A stretch of DNA of 64,000 nucleotides from Octopus sinensis (GCF_006345805.1 NC_042998.1:166284001-166348000), one strand, 5' to 3'; counted from the first letter of the stretch, positions 12,301 through 25,270 are shown. Program-made: numbers and translations. Notes: a model not told the origin generated them from the letters alone.

Positions 12301-13597
12301 ATTATTATATACAATACATTACATACCTATATATATATATATATGTATGCATGTGTATAGCTAGGTATATATATATATATATACAAGCATATACATATAC
12401 ACACACACATATATATATACACACACACGCACACACATAAACTACAATTGTACAATGTCGCAAACAATAGAAGCAGTAAAGCATATAGCGCATACTGCTA
12501 CATGTAGACTCATTTGCATACATGCATACACACTACACGCGCGTATATGCATACATACATATATATACAGGCGTACAGGTACATATACGAGGCAGTACCC
12601 AAAAGTAACCGGAAACGTTCTCTGTGAGACAAGCCCGTTGTAATTCAGGCTTCTGCCGCGAGAAGTCATTTGATGCGATTCTTAGGCATCAGTGTGCCGC
12701 CCGGTGTCACCCTCTGAAGTAGTACTGTTACGTGTTGCATCTTTGTTTTGCAGTGCTTCTCACCTATTAGTCGAGTTTTGCAATGGCTGAAACGAAGAAA
12801 CAGCGTGCTTCCGTAAAATGCTCTTTTCTGCTAGGGAAAACAGCGGCCGAAACAGTTGTCATGCTTCAAACAGCTTACAAGGATGCTGCCATGAGCAATA
12901 CACAAGTTTACGAGTGGTTTTTCACGCTTTAGGGATGATCATTTGTCACTTGAAGACCAGCCTCATTCAGGGCGACCGTCGACCACCCGAACGAATGAAA
13001 ACATCACGAGAATTCATGAACTGATCTTTGAGGACCATCGACGAACTCTTGACGAACTTGTTGGTATGACTAGTGTGTCCTGGAGCTCCTCCCAACGAAT
13101 TTTGAACGGAGAATTGTGATTGAAAATAGTTGCAGAAAAATTTGTGCCTCGCTTGCTCACGGAAGATCAAAAGCAGTCACAACTGAATGCGTGTAATGAA
13201 CTGAAAGAACAGTTGGATGTTGATCTGGACCTATTTTCGAAGGTTATCACTGGTGACGAAAGTTGATGCTACCGCTACGACCCGAAACGAAGCTGCAATC
13301 AAGTCAATGGAAGTATTCGAAACATTCAATGTCACCACGCCCCCAAAATCTACGTCAAGTGAAGAACAATGACAAGCAGAGCATCAAAATTATGCAAGAT
13401 TTTTTTAAAGTTCATTATAACGGCCGGACTTTTTCCTGTGTTGATGTACGCGTATACATTCCTGTCAAAAGAAAACCCTTGTTTCTGGTTTGGAGATCGG
13501 GCTTTTTATTCTCTAATGAAGAGAAATTTGAAAAAAGAAAATGAGTAAGACGTCCTTTAAGCCATATGCCTTTCCACACGTACATACATGCATACGC

Positions 13598-13925
13598 AGT
13601 GAAGGCGCATGGCTTAGTGGTTAGGGCATTCGGCTGACGATTGTAAGGTCGTGAGTTCGATTCCCGGCGATGCGTTGTGTCCTTGAGCAAGATACTTTAT
13701 TTCACGTTGCTCCAGTCCACTCAGCTGGCAAAAATGAGTTGTACCTGTATTTCAAGGGGCCGGCCTTGTCACACTCTGTGTCACGCTGAATCTCCCTGAG
13801 AACTACGTTAAGGGTACACGTGTCTGTGGAGTGCTCAGACACTTGCACGTTAATTCTACGAGCAAGCTGTTCCGTTGATCGGATCAACCGGAACCGTCAT
13901 CGTCGTAACCGACGGAGTGCTTCCA
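13598..13925 (+). mobile_element. tRNA-derived SINE nested in the mariner
   Basis: A box tggcttagtgg and B box gagttcgattcc. The central domain gtgtccttgagcaagatactttatttcacgttgctccag is shared with 7755-8040 and 63560-63890. Confidence 0.85.
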
Positions 13926-14290
13926 CATGCATACATAGATGAATATATACATTACATACAAACTTACATACATGCATGCTTATGGACTGATTTGTTTCAT
14001 CGATGCGAAAGGAATTGTCTACACAGTATTTTTTCCTCCAGGCCAAACTGTTAACCAGGCATTTTACTTGGCAGTTCTGAAGCGTTTGTGAGAGACGGTG
14101 AGACGGAGAGTAGTGGTTTCATCACGACAATGCACCAGCGCGCACCGCCTTGAGTAAGAGACAATTTTTGACCAAAAATGGCATGACTTCGCTTGCCCAC
14201 CTGTCACCTATTCACCCGATCTTGCTTCCTGCAACTTTTATCTGCTCCCCGAAATAAAAAGAGTCCCTAAAGGAAAACATTTTATAGATA

Positions 14291-14603
14291 GGAGTGGCTG
14301 TGTGGTAAGTAGCTTGCTAATCAACCACATGGTTCCGGGTTCAGTCCCACTGCGTGGCATCTTGGGCAAGTGTCTTCTGCTATAGCCCTGGGCCGACCAA
14401 TGCCTTGTGAGTGGATTTGGTAGCATTGCTTGACAACCGATACTGGTGTGTTTACGTCCCCGTCACTTAGCGGTTCGGCAAAAGAGACCGATAGAATAAG
14501 TACTGGGCTTACAAAGAATAAGTTCCGGGGTCGATTTGCTCGACTAAAGGCGGTGCTCCAGCATGGCCGCAGTCAAATGACTGAAACAAGTAAAAGAGTA
14601 AGA
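14291..14603 (+). mobile_element. SINE family S1 nested in the mariner
   Basis: ggagtggctgtgtggtaag..ccgggttcagtcccactgcgtggc..gatagaataagtact..gcggtgctccagcatggccgcagtcaaatgactgaaacaag. Other copies at ~8113-8308, 20600-21070, 22245-22510(-), 29646-29745, 31358-31560, 36870-37370(-), 39195-39420(-) and 55225-55385(-). Confidence 0.85.
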
Positions 14604-14840
14604 GTATATGAAATAGGTGAAAAAAAAAAAGCAAAAAAAAAACATGGAGGCGGCAAACGGCATCACTTCGCAAGAGTTCCAGGACTGCTTCGAACAGTGG
14701 AAAACGCGTCTGGACTGATGCATTGCTTCAAATGGAAAATACTCTGAAGGCGGTAAAAGTATAAACATGTAAAACTAAGTGAATAAGATAACATTGCAAA
14801 ATTCCGGTTTCTTTTGGGTACCTTCTCGTAAATGTATCTA

Positions 14841-14880
<40 letters not shown>

Positions 14881-15147
14881 AATCTATCTATCTGTCTATC
14901 TATCTAGCAATCTATCACTCTATCTTATCTATATGCATATATATGCATATATGTGTGTGTGTGTGTGTGTGATGCATGTACGTATGTGTAAGATGATTAA
15001 ATGTATATTCACATAATCATATAAACACGCACATTCACTCACTTATTTTACATTAAACAATTAATAAGTACACACATTATATATCTGTATGCATATGTGT
15101 ATGCATATATGTATACATACACGTATGTATTTGTATATGTATATATA

Positions 15148-15192
<45 letters not shown>

Positions 15193-15193
<1 letters not shown>

Positions 15194-15599
15194 CGAGAAA
15201 AGAAGCAACAAGAATGGATTAGTTTTTAGTACAATTGTTTCATACAAAGACAGGCTTTATTAAAAGTTGCAAATATTGCAGCAGATAAAGTGTCCCGTAC
15301 TCATCAGCTAAAATACATATGAGTTCTCTAAACATCTTAGATGTTTAGAGAACTCATATGTATTTTAGCTGATGAGTACGGGACACTTTTATCTGCTGCA
15401 ATATTTGCAACTTTTAATAAAGCCTGTCTTTGTATGAAACAATTGTACTAAAAACTAATCCATTCTTGTTGCTTCTTTTCTCGTTTATAATCACCCCACA
15501 CTACTGTATTGGTTAACACCATATAGTTTTCTGGTGCATCTAAGTTAAGTACCATATTCAAGTGAACTCATTAGAATTGACTTGAATCTTAATTACTTT

Positions 15600-15603
<4 letters not shown>
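15193..15603 (+). mobile_element. Near-perfect foldback element with tail, (TA)n-embedded
   Basis: Arms 15193-15337 and 15339-15484 are reverse complements with a 1-nt loop and one 1-nt indel. Tail at 15485-15603. Confidence 0.95.
15363..15453 (+). ncRNA. Type I hammerhead ribozyme, canonical core (mirror copy on minus in the left arm)
   Basis: ttttag-CUGAUGA-gtac...gtat-GAAA-caattg-UA/ctaaaa: 6-bp stem I, palindromic stem III, predicted cleavage after 15447. Confidence 0.8.
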
Positions 15604-15641
<38 letters not shown>

Positions 15642-16532
15642 TCATATATAAATATATATATACTCACATAAACACATATATATATGCAGATATATAAGCG
15701 TGTACCACCACCACATATCATTTAGTATTCCAACACGCGTACGTGAAGAAGCAACAAAATGAAGCAACCATAACTGTCTTTCTGAAAAGATATAACACAA
15801 TGTAATAAAGTTGGGTTTAAGGCACCCTAGGCCTCACGAATCTATTTCAACTTAGAAATAGTTATCAGTGGCGGCGAAGTATATATATGTATATATTATT
15901 TTGGCTAATGATGAATTTTTGTCGTTGCTTTTAACCCTAAAATCGGCTAATGGAGTGAGCAGATGTATGACCAAGATCATAACCTGTATTTTAAGTCTAT
16001 ACAATAGTTATATTATCGAACGAGTTTTTTTTTTTGTTTTTTCAAGATGGAAGTATGTGATTTGAGGGATATTCAACCGATATTTGTCCCAGGTTGTGCA
16101 GCATTATACCATTTCGTTGACGCGATAGTCGTGACAATTTAATGAATCTGCAGTTGACATTTGTGAAACAAACTTCGAACAGCTGTACCAACCACAGTGA
16201 AACACGTGACGTCAGACCAGACTCAGTTAAACAGTTCTCTCTTGAAGCACATAAATCAATTGATCCTATTGATATTGAAGCTCGGCACAGTGCTGGTAGC
16301 CCTTATTTAAAGTACTTTCGCTATAAAGTCGATGAGAAATGATATATCATTAATTATTGTAAAATGAACATTTATGGGATGTGTGCCACCCATACTGGAT
16401 TCTTGCTAAGTTTTACTTTCCTTGTTGTTACATTTTGAGAGTCAGTAAATAAAAATTACGATGGATTAACATCCTAATCGGTTTGCTTCTTTTATTCCAC
16501 GAGTGTTGCTTAAGATAGGGATTACTTATTTA

Positions 16533-16929
16533 TCTATATATATAAAGCTGAAGTTGTCTGTGTATGGCAGGTTTGGTAGCCTTCAACTAACACTATCTCC
16601 TCCGAGACCCTGCGGCGCAAGTTGACCAAAATTGAGAGTAGGATAGAAGAAGGCTTGCTCTTCATTTCGTAGAAGAAAAAATTCAAATCGGACCATGTTA
16701 ACACCAAAAATTATTTACATCAAAAAAGTGCATTTTTTTAATGAAAATCCCTATTTTTTTGCAATTTTTGGACTGCTGTGTCGCCATTTTTCGGTGTATT
16801 TCAACCAGAAAAATGTTCACTTGAAGAGAATAACAAGCTACATAATGCAAAATTTTTACTGTTCGAAAATTCCAATTGTAAAGGGTCGAAAAGAAAACAA
16901 GCCCCAGCAACGCTGGGCTATACTGCTAG
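16533..16929 (+). mobile_element. Non-autonomous Helitron
   Basis: A|TCTATATATATAAA start, 3' hairpin gccccagcaacgctgggc and CTAG|T end, inserted at an AT dinucleotide. Confidence 0.88.
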
Positions 16930-17239
16930 TTTATTTATAATATGTCTACTTTATGGAGATGTGGTACTTTGAAAGTAAACAACACTTAGATTATAAAAGA
17001 GCAGAGAAAATCTAAAGAACGATATTGTATTTAACTGACACAAATCAAAAAAAAAAATTTTTTTTTAAATAACTAAAAAAAAAAAAAGACTTCTAGAGTG
17101 TGACTTATTTGAATTTCATAAGCCCAATGGAAAATTTTTAATGATCTCTGCTTTACTACTGTCATCCGGTAGGGAAAGGAAGGAATCGCCAAAAAATAGT
17201 GGATGCAGCGACGACGCACTGTAACGACGCATGGTCTCA

Positions 17240-17265
17240 TATTACTACTACTACTACTACTGCTG

Positions 17266-17341
<76 letters not shown>

Positions 17342-17355
17342 CACTACTACTGCTG
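17240..17355. repeat. (TAC)n microsatellite
   Basis: Direct reading. Confidence 0.98.
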
Positions 17356-17410
17356 CTGCCGCTTTATTGAAAGCAAAAAGTTTCTTTGGTTTTTCACTAG
17401 CAAGTTGTCT

Positions 17411-17797
17411 TTCCAGGAACATTCGTCGTAAACATTTTTGCCGTAGGAAAACTCGCCGTAGGAAATTTTTGCTGTAAGATAATTTTGCTGTATACAGTAA
17501 TCCTTCGCCATATCGTGATTCACCTATCGTGCACTCAATACATCGTGATTCACCTATCGCGCATTCAGTACATCGCGGATTTTTCTGGTTAATTATATGT
17601 AAATTTATATCACGGACTCCTCAGTATATCCGGGTTTCTGCGGTCGATAGGTATTTATATTTTTTTAGTTTTTGATTATTCCTGTAGGTGGTTTTGGAAC
17701 TTAACACCCGAGATAGTCGAGGGATTACGGCAGATAATTTCGAAGATATGGCACGAAACTTGATTTAGAGAAAGTGCAGCTCTGAAGAAAAATTGCC

Positions 17798-17839
<42 letters not shown>

Positions 17840-18406
17840 TCATAAATAAGGACAAACGAAAAAATTTCTAATGCCAAATATGCCGAAAAATTGGACATAT
17901 TGTCCTTTAACCATATAATTTTTTCACAATACGCACGCTACTCGAAAAAAGTTGGACAGAAATTTCTAAAAAATTCCATTATTACCATATCGGACCGATT
18001 TCAGGGTTAGCTTATAACAGCCCTCCCTTTGTCAGAGATACATGTGGCAAAAGAAATAAATGAGATACTTACTCATACCCATGGAAGAAGGGTATGAGTA
18101 AGTATCTCTGACGAAGGGAGGGCTGTTATAAGCTAACCCTGAAATCGGTCCGATATGGTAATAATGGAATTTTTTAGAAATTTCTGTCCAACTTTTTTCG
18201 AGTAGCGTGCGTATTGTGAAAAGATTATATGGTTAATGGACAATATGTCCAATTTTTCGGCATATTTGGCATTGGAAATTTTTTCGTTTGCCCTTATTTA
18301 TGAATTGTTTATAATTTTAACCTTTAAAGGTATTTTTTAATATGCTGGCCATTGATAAAATTTTTTGGGAAAATAATTTTTTTCGAAAAAAGTTTTATCC
18401 TACATT

Positions 18407-18460
<54 letters not shown>

Positions 18461-18861
18461 ATATATATATATATATGTTCTTTTTTTATAATTCTGTTTT
18501 AGATTTAGCTGTTTTATATTTTATTCTTGTTCTTTGTAAATGTCATCATATTTATATTGCATTACTTTTTATTTAAGCAGTTTTTTTTGTTTTTTGAAAA
18601 CATTATCATCTTTTAGATTGCTTTATTTTGCTCCCATCCCGCCCTGTAGCTTTGCCATAGCAATATAATAGATAAATTGGTTGAAACAATTATATACCAA
18701 GGGAGCAGTTCATCTTTTTTTTTTTTCGGTGTAATTGACTGACGGCAAAATTTCCTATGCGGCGAACTTACCTACGGCAAAATTTCCTATGCAGCGAACT
18801 TTCCTGCGGCCAAAAATCCTGAGGCGAATTTTCCTACGCAACGAACTTTCCTACGGCAAAA
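17411..18861. mobile_element. Candidate DNA transposon remnant with modular inverted terminal arrays
   Basis: Left array (17411-17492) of ~16-bp units such as ttttgccgtaggaaa. Right array (18741-18861) of reverse-complement units such as tttcctacggcaaaa. Confidence 0.55.
17835..18408 (+). mobile_element. Foldback element with nested inner hairpin and tail
   Basis: Arms 17835-18041 and 18102-18308, inner hairpin 18062-18080/18090-18108, tail to ~18408, (TA)n flanks. Hammerhead-like CUGACGA-aggg..ccct-GAAA-tcgg-UC at 18103-18155. A degenerate 3' relative lies at ~55585-55705. Confidence 0.9.
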
Positions 18862-19109
18862 TAAGTCGATTACATTGAACCCAATGTTCAACTGGTACTT
18901 ATTTTATCGACCTCCAAAGGATGAAAGGCAAAGTCGATCCCGGCAGCTTGTGAACTTAGAATGTGAAAACGGACAAAATGCCGCTAAGCATTTTGCCCGG
19001 CGTGCTAACAATTCTGCCAGTTCGCCGCCTTGTTGCTTTACAAATATTGGTATCAAATTTTGGCACAAGGCTAACAAGGAGGTCATAGATAATGGAGGAC
19101 ACTGTTGGT

Positions 19110-19640
19110 AGTTAGGCGTGGGATTGGAGGGCAGAGGGCAATAGAAGGGGGTGTCTTGAAGTTGTCGGAGAGCTTCAGCCTTGTAGAGGTCTGCACGTCA
19201 CACCACAACGGCTCCACCCCTGTTAGCTGGTTTTATGATGATGTTTTTGCGGCGTCGGAGACATCGAAGGGCTGAGAGTTCGACCGAGGAGATGTAAAAA
19301 TGTCGGGCACGCCTGTGAAAGTTAAACCAGTCCACAATACGTTGCCAGATGCTTCCAAAATGATCGACTGCTCGGAACTGGCCAGGAGCTGGCGACCAGT
19401 GAGATGGTCGGTGGCCCAGGTCAGTGAAGCAGTCCGCTTCATTGGATGCCGGTGGAGTATTGTAAAATAATGCATATAGCCTGACGCGGCGCACAAAGCT
19501 ATGAATATCAGCACGGGTCTGAAATTCGTTACTGGTTGGAGTGAGGGGCATGAAGCGCAGACCCTTACTGAGAAGAGAGCGTTCCGCCACAGAGAGGAGA
19601 AGATCGGAAGGAATGATAACAACAGACAAAAGTGAAGAGG
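19110..19640 (-). pseudogene. PLE reverse transcriptase N-terminal fragment
   Basis: LSVAERSLLSKGLRFMP...IIIKPANRGGAVVV, typical PLE motifs (LSKGLxFxP; IKPADKGGAVVV). Confidence 0.85.
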
Positions 19641-20084
19641 GGATGGATGAGCTAGATGTTGGAGGGGTAGTAGAAGGCTGAGAGGAGAGAGAGAAGTGCG
19701 GTCGATGGTGTGTATTTTGGAGAGATTAGAATGAATGGTGGCACACATAAGACGGCAGGAATTAGTACGGAGTATAGGTAGGATGGCAAAAGCAGAGTGG
19801 AAAGTGGGGTGCACCCATACGCACACAGATATGTATTTATACGTATGTATGTGTATTTTATCATTTATAGAATCGATAAAGAACATGTATTTTATAGGAT
19901 TAGTGCTTAAAATTAATAATAAAGAATAGGCAAATAATTATGACAACAATGGACATTACATTCATTTGAACATATGCTGTTGTTGGCATATTTCTCGGGG
20001 TATATTTTTTGGGCTCTGTTACAACTCTTCCAACTTGCCACCCTTAAGGATACAGCTATGTTAATTCTTTCTGCTAAAGGCCTG

Positions 20085-20485
20085 AAATCGAGGGGGCTTA
20101 CTCGATTACATCGATTCCAGTGCCTAACTGCTAATTATTTTATCGGCCCCCAAAGGATGAAAGGCAAAGTCGACCTCGGCGAAATTTTGAACGCGGAAAG
20201 TAACATCAAAAGAAATGGTGCCGAGTATTTTGTCCAGCGTAATAATGATTCTTCTTTCCTTTATTGTCCACAATGGGCTAAACATAGAGGAGACAAACAA
20301 TGACAGATAAAGGGATTAAGTCGATTACATCGACCCCAGTGCGTAACTGGTACTTAATTTATCGACCCCGAAAGGATGAAAGGCAAAGTCGACCTCGGCG
20401 GAATTTGAACTCACAACATAGCGACGGGCGAAATACGGCTAAGCATTTCGCCCGGCGTGCTAACGTTTCTGCCAGCTCGCCGCCT
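20085..20485 (-). mobile_element. SINE family S2, tandem pair
   Basis: aggcggcgagctggcagaaacgttagcacgccgggcgaaatgc..gagttcaaattccgccgaggtcgactttgcctttcatcc. Other copies at ~2575-2705, 18862-19030, 35168-35385, 40400-40475, 41965-42345, 43480-43560, 44457-44665, 51997-52205 and 52597-52815. Confidence 0.85.
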
Positions 20486-20835
20486 TGGATAGATATTATA
20501 ATGATATCTAAACACAAGGACAAGTAGATATATTTTGAACTACATGCAAACGATCACGCACTAGGTCGCCAGCAATACGATATGATTTCAAGTACACATG
20601 ATGCAGCCGTAGCTGTGTGGTAGGAAGTTTGTTTACCACCCACATGGACTCGATTCCGGTCTCACTGCGTGACATCTTGAGCAAGTGTCTTCCTGCCTGA
20701 CGCAAACCCCGGCCCGACCATAGCGCTGGCCTAACCAAAACCTTGTTAGTAGATTTGGTAAACGGAAAAAGTAACTAAATTCCGTCGTACATACATACAT
20801 ACATACATGCATACATACATACATACATACATACA

Positions 20836-20867
<32 letters not shown>

Positions 20868-22295
20868 AACAAACCACCACTGCTTGACTACAGTATTGGG
20901 TTGCTACGTTCCCATAACTTGGTGATTCGTAAACAGAGACTGATGGAATAAGTACCAAAGTTAGAAAAGCAAAAAGTAAGTACCGGGCTCGATTTATTCG
21001 ACCAAACCCTTCAATGCCCAAACCCTAGCATGGCCGCAGTCTAATGACTGAAAGGAAAAGAAGATAAAAGATGACGCCAGCTATTACACTGTGTAACACG
21101 ATTTTTGTTTTTGAATAGCGACTGTTATTTCTTATTTGCTTACCCCTAGAACGTATGAATGGCTAATAATATTTCCTAATCTTGCTTTTGTTACATTTAT
21201 TCAAACTTCAAAGAACCCCTCTTAACATATGGCTATGATTCTTCCCCGCTACTCTTGCTCATGATCGGAGATGCATATATTGTCAGCCACTAAGGGACAT
21301 GCTGACACGCAAATCTGTGGTAATGAGCAGAATATTTGTTATAACGATATTTCTGCTTCAGCAACTCAGCCCTGAAATGAATGGAAAATTGGTCAGTTTC
21401 AAAATATTTATGTCCCGGTTAGAAAAACTAAGTTTAAAGTTTATAGTAGTCATTTCCTTTGATTTCTAGACAGAAGCAAATAGGAAATAAAACTAAATGA
21501 CCAAAGCAAAAAATTGTTACATAGAGTTATAATTCCTCTATTATATTTATGTTGTTGCTTTTGTTGTTGTTTAACCCCAGGTCATCTCTGGTCGATCAGA
21601 TTTATGATCACTAACACTACAATCGTCAATATCTTTTGTGAGGATGGGGTGTGTGTTCATCAAGGATTATAATCTATTTTTAAAAGGGTAAGTTTATGCT
21701 TTGAGGAAGATTTTACTGCTTTTTCTAATAGATCCAGCAGCCATGTGCAAGCTCCCTCTGTGTTTGTATACTTACATCTTTTCATATAAATGTATTCTTC
21801 CCCTCATCTTTATAATCTTTTATCTCTTTCCGCAACTATTTTGCATTTAACATCAAATATATTCTACTTACCTCCATCTTTTATTTATTCTTTGTTTCAG
21901 TCACTGGACTGCAGACATGCTGTGGTTGCACCTTGAAGCTTATTTTTCAAAAGTCCAAAATTTTTTCTATCGTTCTATTTTTGATGATCCGCTATGTAAC
22001 CAGGCAACACTACTTTCTAAAGACTCGATTTGACATCAAGCAGTGACACTAATTAACTAAACGCTTTTTTATTTTGTAATGAATGATTCAATTAAACACA
22101 AAAGTAGCCCTCTATGTGGTCTCTCGACTTGCTAGAAATAGCAGCACACCTTAACAAACCAACACCGATTGTCAAACGGAGATGGGAGATAATCGCAAAC
22201 GCTAACACCAAGAAACCTCCCCACACACACATACACACACACACACACATATCTGTGTGAGTGGATTTGGAAGACAGAAACTGAAAAAAGCCCGT

Positions 22296-22342
<47 letters not shown>

Positions 22343-22803
22343 GTATATAACCGGCTTCTTTTAGTTTCCGTCTTCCAAATCCACTCACAAGGCTTTTTCC
22401 GGCCAGGTGCTATCATAGAAGATACTTGCCGAAGGTGCCGCGCAGTGGGACTGAATCCAAAACCACATGGTCGGGAAACTATCTTCTTAACCACACAACC
22501 ACGCCTGCGCCTATATTCTTTCACTTTTCATTCTTTCGTACATACATGTCTTCTTTCTTTCTGTTTTTTTTTTATTTCCTTCGTCCTTCTTTTCTTCCTT
22601 CTTTCCTTCAGTCCTTTCTTTCTTTCTTCCTTTTCCGTTCTTTCTGTAGCGATCCTAAAATGCACATATTTCTTCCATCTTCATTCCACCCCCACGTTCC
22701 TTCGCCCCTCCCTCCCTAGTTCTTCCTATTCTTCAAAACTTTCTTCCTCTCCACCTGTCTTTCTCTTTCCAAAAACAACATTATTTTTGTTTACTTTATT
22801 TAC

Positions 22804-22863
<60 letters not shown>

Positions 22864-22865
<2 letters not shown>

Positions 22866-23167
22866 GAGTGACTGAGCAGTTCATGCCATCAAAGTGACAC
22901 TGGGGTAAAATATACGAAGCCCAATATACCCATCATGACTACCCGTCTGATAAAGGTACACCAGGCACATGCATCACAACCATATGTGCGCGACATGGTG
23001 ATCTCATATCAAGATAAACAGCACATGACCTTGCAGGTGGGGCCCAGTTAGAATTTTCTTCAGGTTGAGTAGCCCATCCCGCTCAAACGGTCCCTGAATA
23101 AGGGTTGTTTAAGGATGTTGAAAGAACCACCCATGTTTCCAGAGGTGAACTATTCAAACCCCAAAGA

Positions 23168-23168
<1 letters not shown>
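22864..23168. mobile_element. Repeat family S3 inserted in (TAA)n
   Basis: gagtgagagagcagtgcatgccatcaaagtgacactgggg..., flanked on both sides by (ATT)n. Copies at 43610-43997, 51075-51190, 52285-52515 and a distal part at ~21150-21310. Confidence 0.85.
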
Positions 23169-23240
<72 letters not shown>

Positions 23241-25019
23241 TTTGCTTTACTTCTAATTCTTTTCATGAAATATTTTCTTTATATTACTTTTTTTTTATAT
23301 TTTTATGCTTTTGCAAAACATGAATATATTTTGCTAACCAGATCTCCATGTTTGAATTTATTTATATATTTATATTAGTTTTAATTACTTATTTATTTTC
23401 TTCGTTATGACATGTTCTTCCCATTACACACACACTCTCTCTCTCTTTCTTTCTTTCTCTTTTTTCCTCTATCTACCACCATTTCAAGGATATCTTAGGT
23501 CGTTCGCTTTTGTCCTACTTTCCCCACGCTTAAATGTTTAATGTGCAAATAAAGTTAGCCAGCAACACTATTATGAATGCACCAAGCACCAATGCAGTGC
23601 AGTTTGTTTTGTAATTTTGATGCAGCAAGCTAAATTACGTCATTAAATTACTTTGATGCAGATTTCTCGATAAAAACCAAATCTTCTGCAGGTTAAAGTA
23701 ACCAGGCAACACGACTTTCTAAAGACTCGATTTGACATCAAGCAGTGACACTAATTAACTAAACGCTTTTTATTTTGTAAAGAATGATTCAATTAAACAC
23801 AAAAGTAGCCCTCTATGTGGTCTCACGACTTGCTAGAAATAGCAGCACATCATAAACTAATGTCATTAATCATGATATACTGCATAACGTACACCAGAGT
23901 ACACTACAGGTAAAGCATGCGATTGATCATAGATATACTCGAACGGAGCAATGCTGGAGGTTAGTGCAACAACAGCAACAGCCGTTCAAGGATTTGGACC
24001 TGGAGATATCCATTTCCAGCGACTTCGAGGGCCACCTCCCAGTGGTGTCGGGCGTCAACGAAGAGCCCTCGACTACAACAAGACGACCAAAGTTTTTTTT
24101 CCAAGGTCTGGGGCCTCCCGCCCCTAGGCCCTAGACCATCACCTAATCACCCTTACCCGTCTTGTTGCTTAATAACAACAGCAAAAGATTCCCAGACCGG
24201 GCATTGTGAGTGTTTATTGAGCAAAAACATCTAAGTTCCACGTGGCTCCAGTAGGGGTGAGGGTGAACCCCGCTGTACGTTTTCACCACAACTTTCTCCC
24301 ACTCTTTCTTCCTACTTCTGCCACAAAGCAGAGGAACCATGGTGTAACCCACTATTGTGTGGTAAACTTTCAGACCCTAGTCTAGATTGTAAATCCTCTG
24401 TACCCCAGGATGGTTCAGCTCTTCACCCGTTAAAAGCCACCGTTTACGGAATGAGGATAACAACGTAGCTTTCGCGCCCGTGCAAGCGCCAGTCTATTGA
24501 GTGTGGTGGGTGGATCTTCAAGTTGTCACACGTATTCTTAGTAGCTTAGAGTAGGCTCGAATTAGAGATTATTCTTTGTGGCTAATGGCGTGAGTCCTGA
24601 TTGAAAGAAGAAGAATAAGAAGAGGAAGAAGAAGGAGAAGAAGAAGGAAGAGAGGTAGAAGAAGCAACACGGTTACAAAAATTAAATAATTTAACAAACG
24701 CAAACAAATAACAAAATAACTCACACATGATTATGTTTCCACACACACACACACATACACATGCATATACGTGCATATTCTCAAGCACGCACACATATAC
24801 GTATGACCTATTTTGTCATTTGTTCACATCTTGTAAAAGACTTTAATTTTAGTTTTAGATGCTGATTTCACACGCGCACACACACACATACACACACATA
24901 CCAATATTTACATATTTATTATATTTATATATATGTTTATGTATATATATATATATGTTTATTTTCATCATTATGTTTACATATATATATATATATACAT
25001 ACATACACACACACACATA

Positions 25020-25270
25020 TAGCAACGTCATATACTGCATTTCCTTCTCTTCAGCCCTTCTCTGTACATCGGTCAAACGGGACGCCGCTTGGCTGACAGG
25101 TTCGCGAAGAACCTCCTAGACATTAGACTCGTCAATAGCAACCCGGCCACGCATCATTTCCACTCTACCGGTCATTCATTACAACACCTGTCTGTGTTCG
25201 GATTGCACAGGGGCCGGCCTTCCGGACTCCCACCTTCGCTATGAACAGAAATTAATCTTCTCTCTTCCCT
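25020..25270 (+). pseudogene. PLE GIY-YIG endonuclease fragment
   Basis: SNVIYCIS..LYIGQTGRRLADRFA across a frameshift. Homologous to 54030-54300. Confidence 0.85.

Larger units (their letters stand above)
12588..14828 (+). mobile_element. Mariner transposon, full length but decayed, with nested insertions
   Basis: TA|CGAGGCAGTACCCAAAAGTAACCGGAA ... TTCCGGTTTCTTTTGGGTACCTTCTCG|TA. Broken transposase MAETKKQRASVK..FVPRLLTEDQK..VITGDES..HHDNAPA..YSPDLASC. Interrupted at ~13400-13990 and 14291-14603. Confidence 0.93.

Noticed and set aside
13598-13670. tRNA genes at SINE heads (also 62190 and 63820-63890)
   Set aside because: A and B boxes continue directly into shared SINE bodies, and no complete cloverleaf could be supported.
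15193-15484. Long palindromes as pure assembly or chimeric-read artefacts
   Set aside because: They recur with family-specific boundaries and tails, several have diverged arms, and one family links to a coding PLE. Read-level confirmation is still advisable for the near-perfect one.
17512-17580. CRISPR-like array from the 30-bp repeats or the 16-bp modules
   Set aside because: The repeats are contiguous without unique spacers, and the context is eukaryotic with no cas genes.
17590-17800. Hammerhead from ctgagga/gaaa and ctgaaga/gaaa words
   Set aside because: The order and flanks do not allow stems I-III to pair in any topology I tried.
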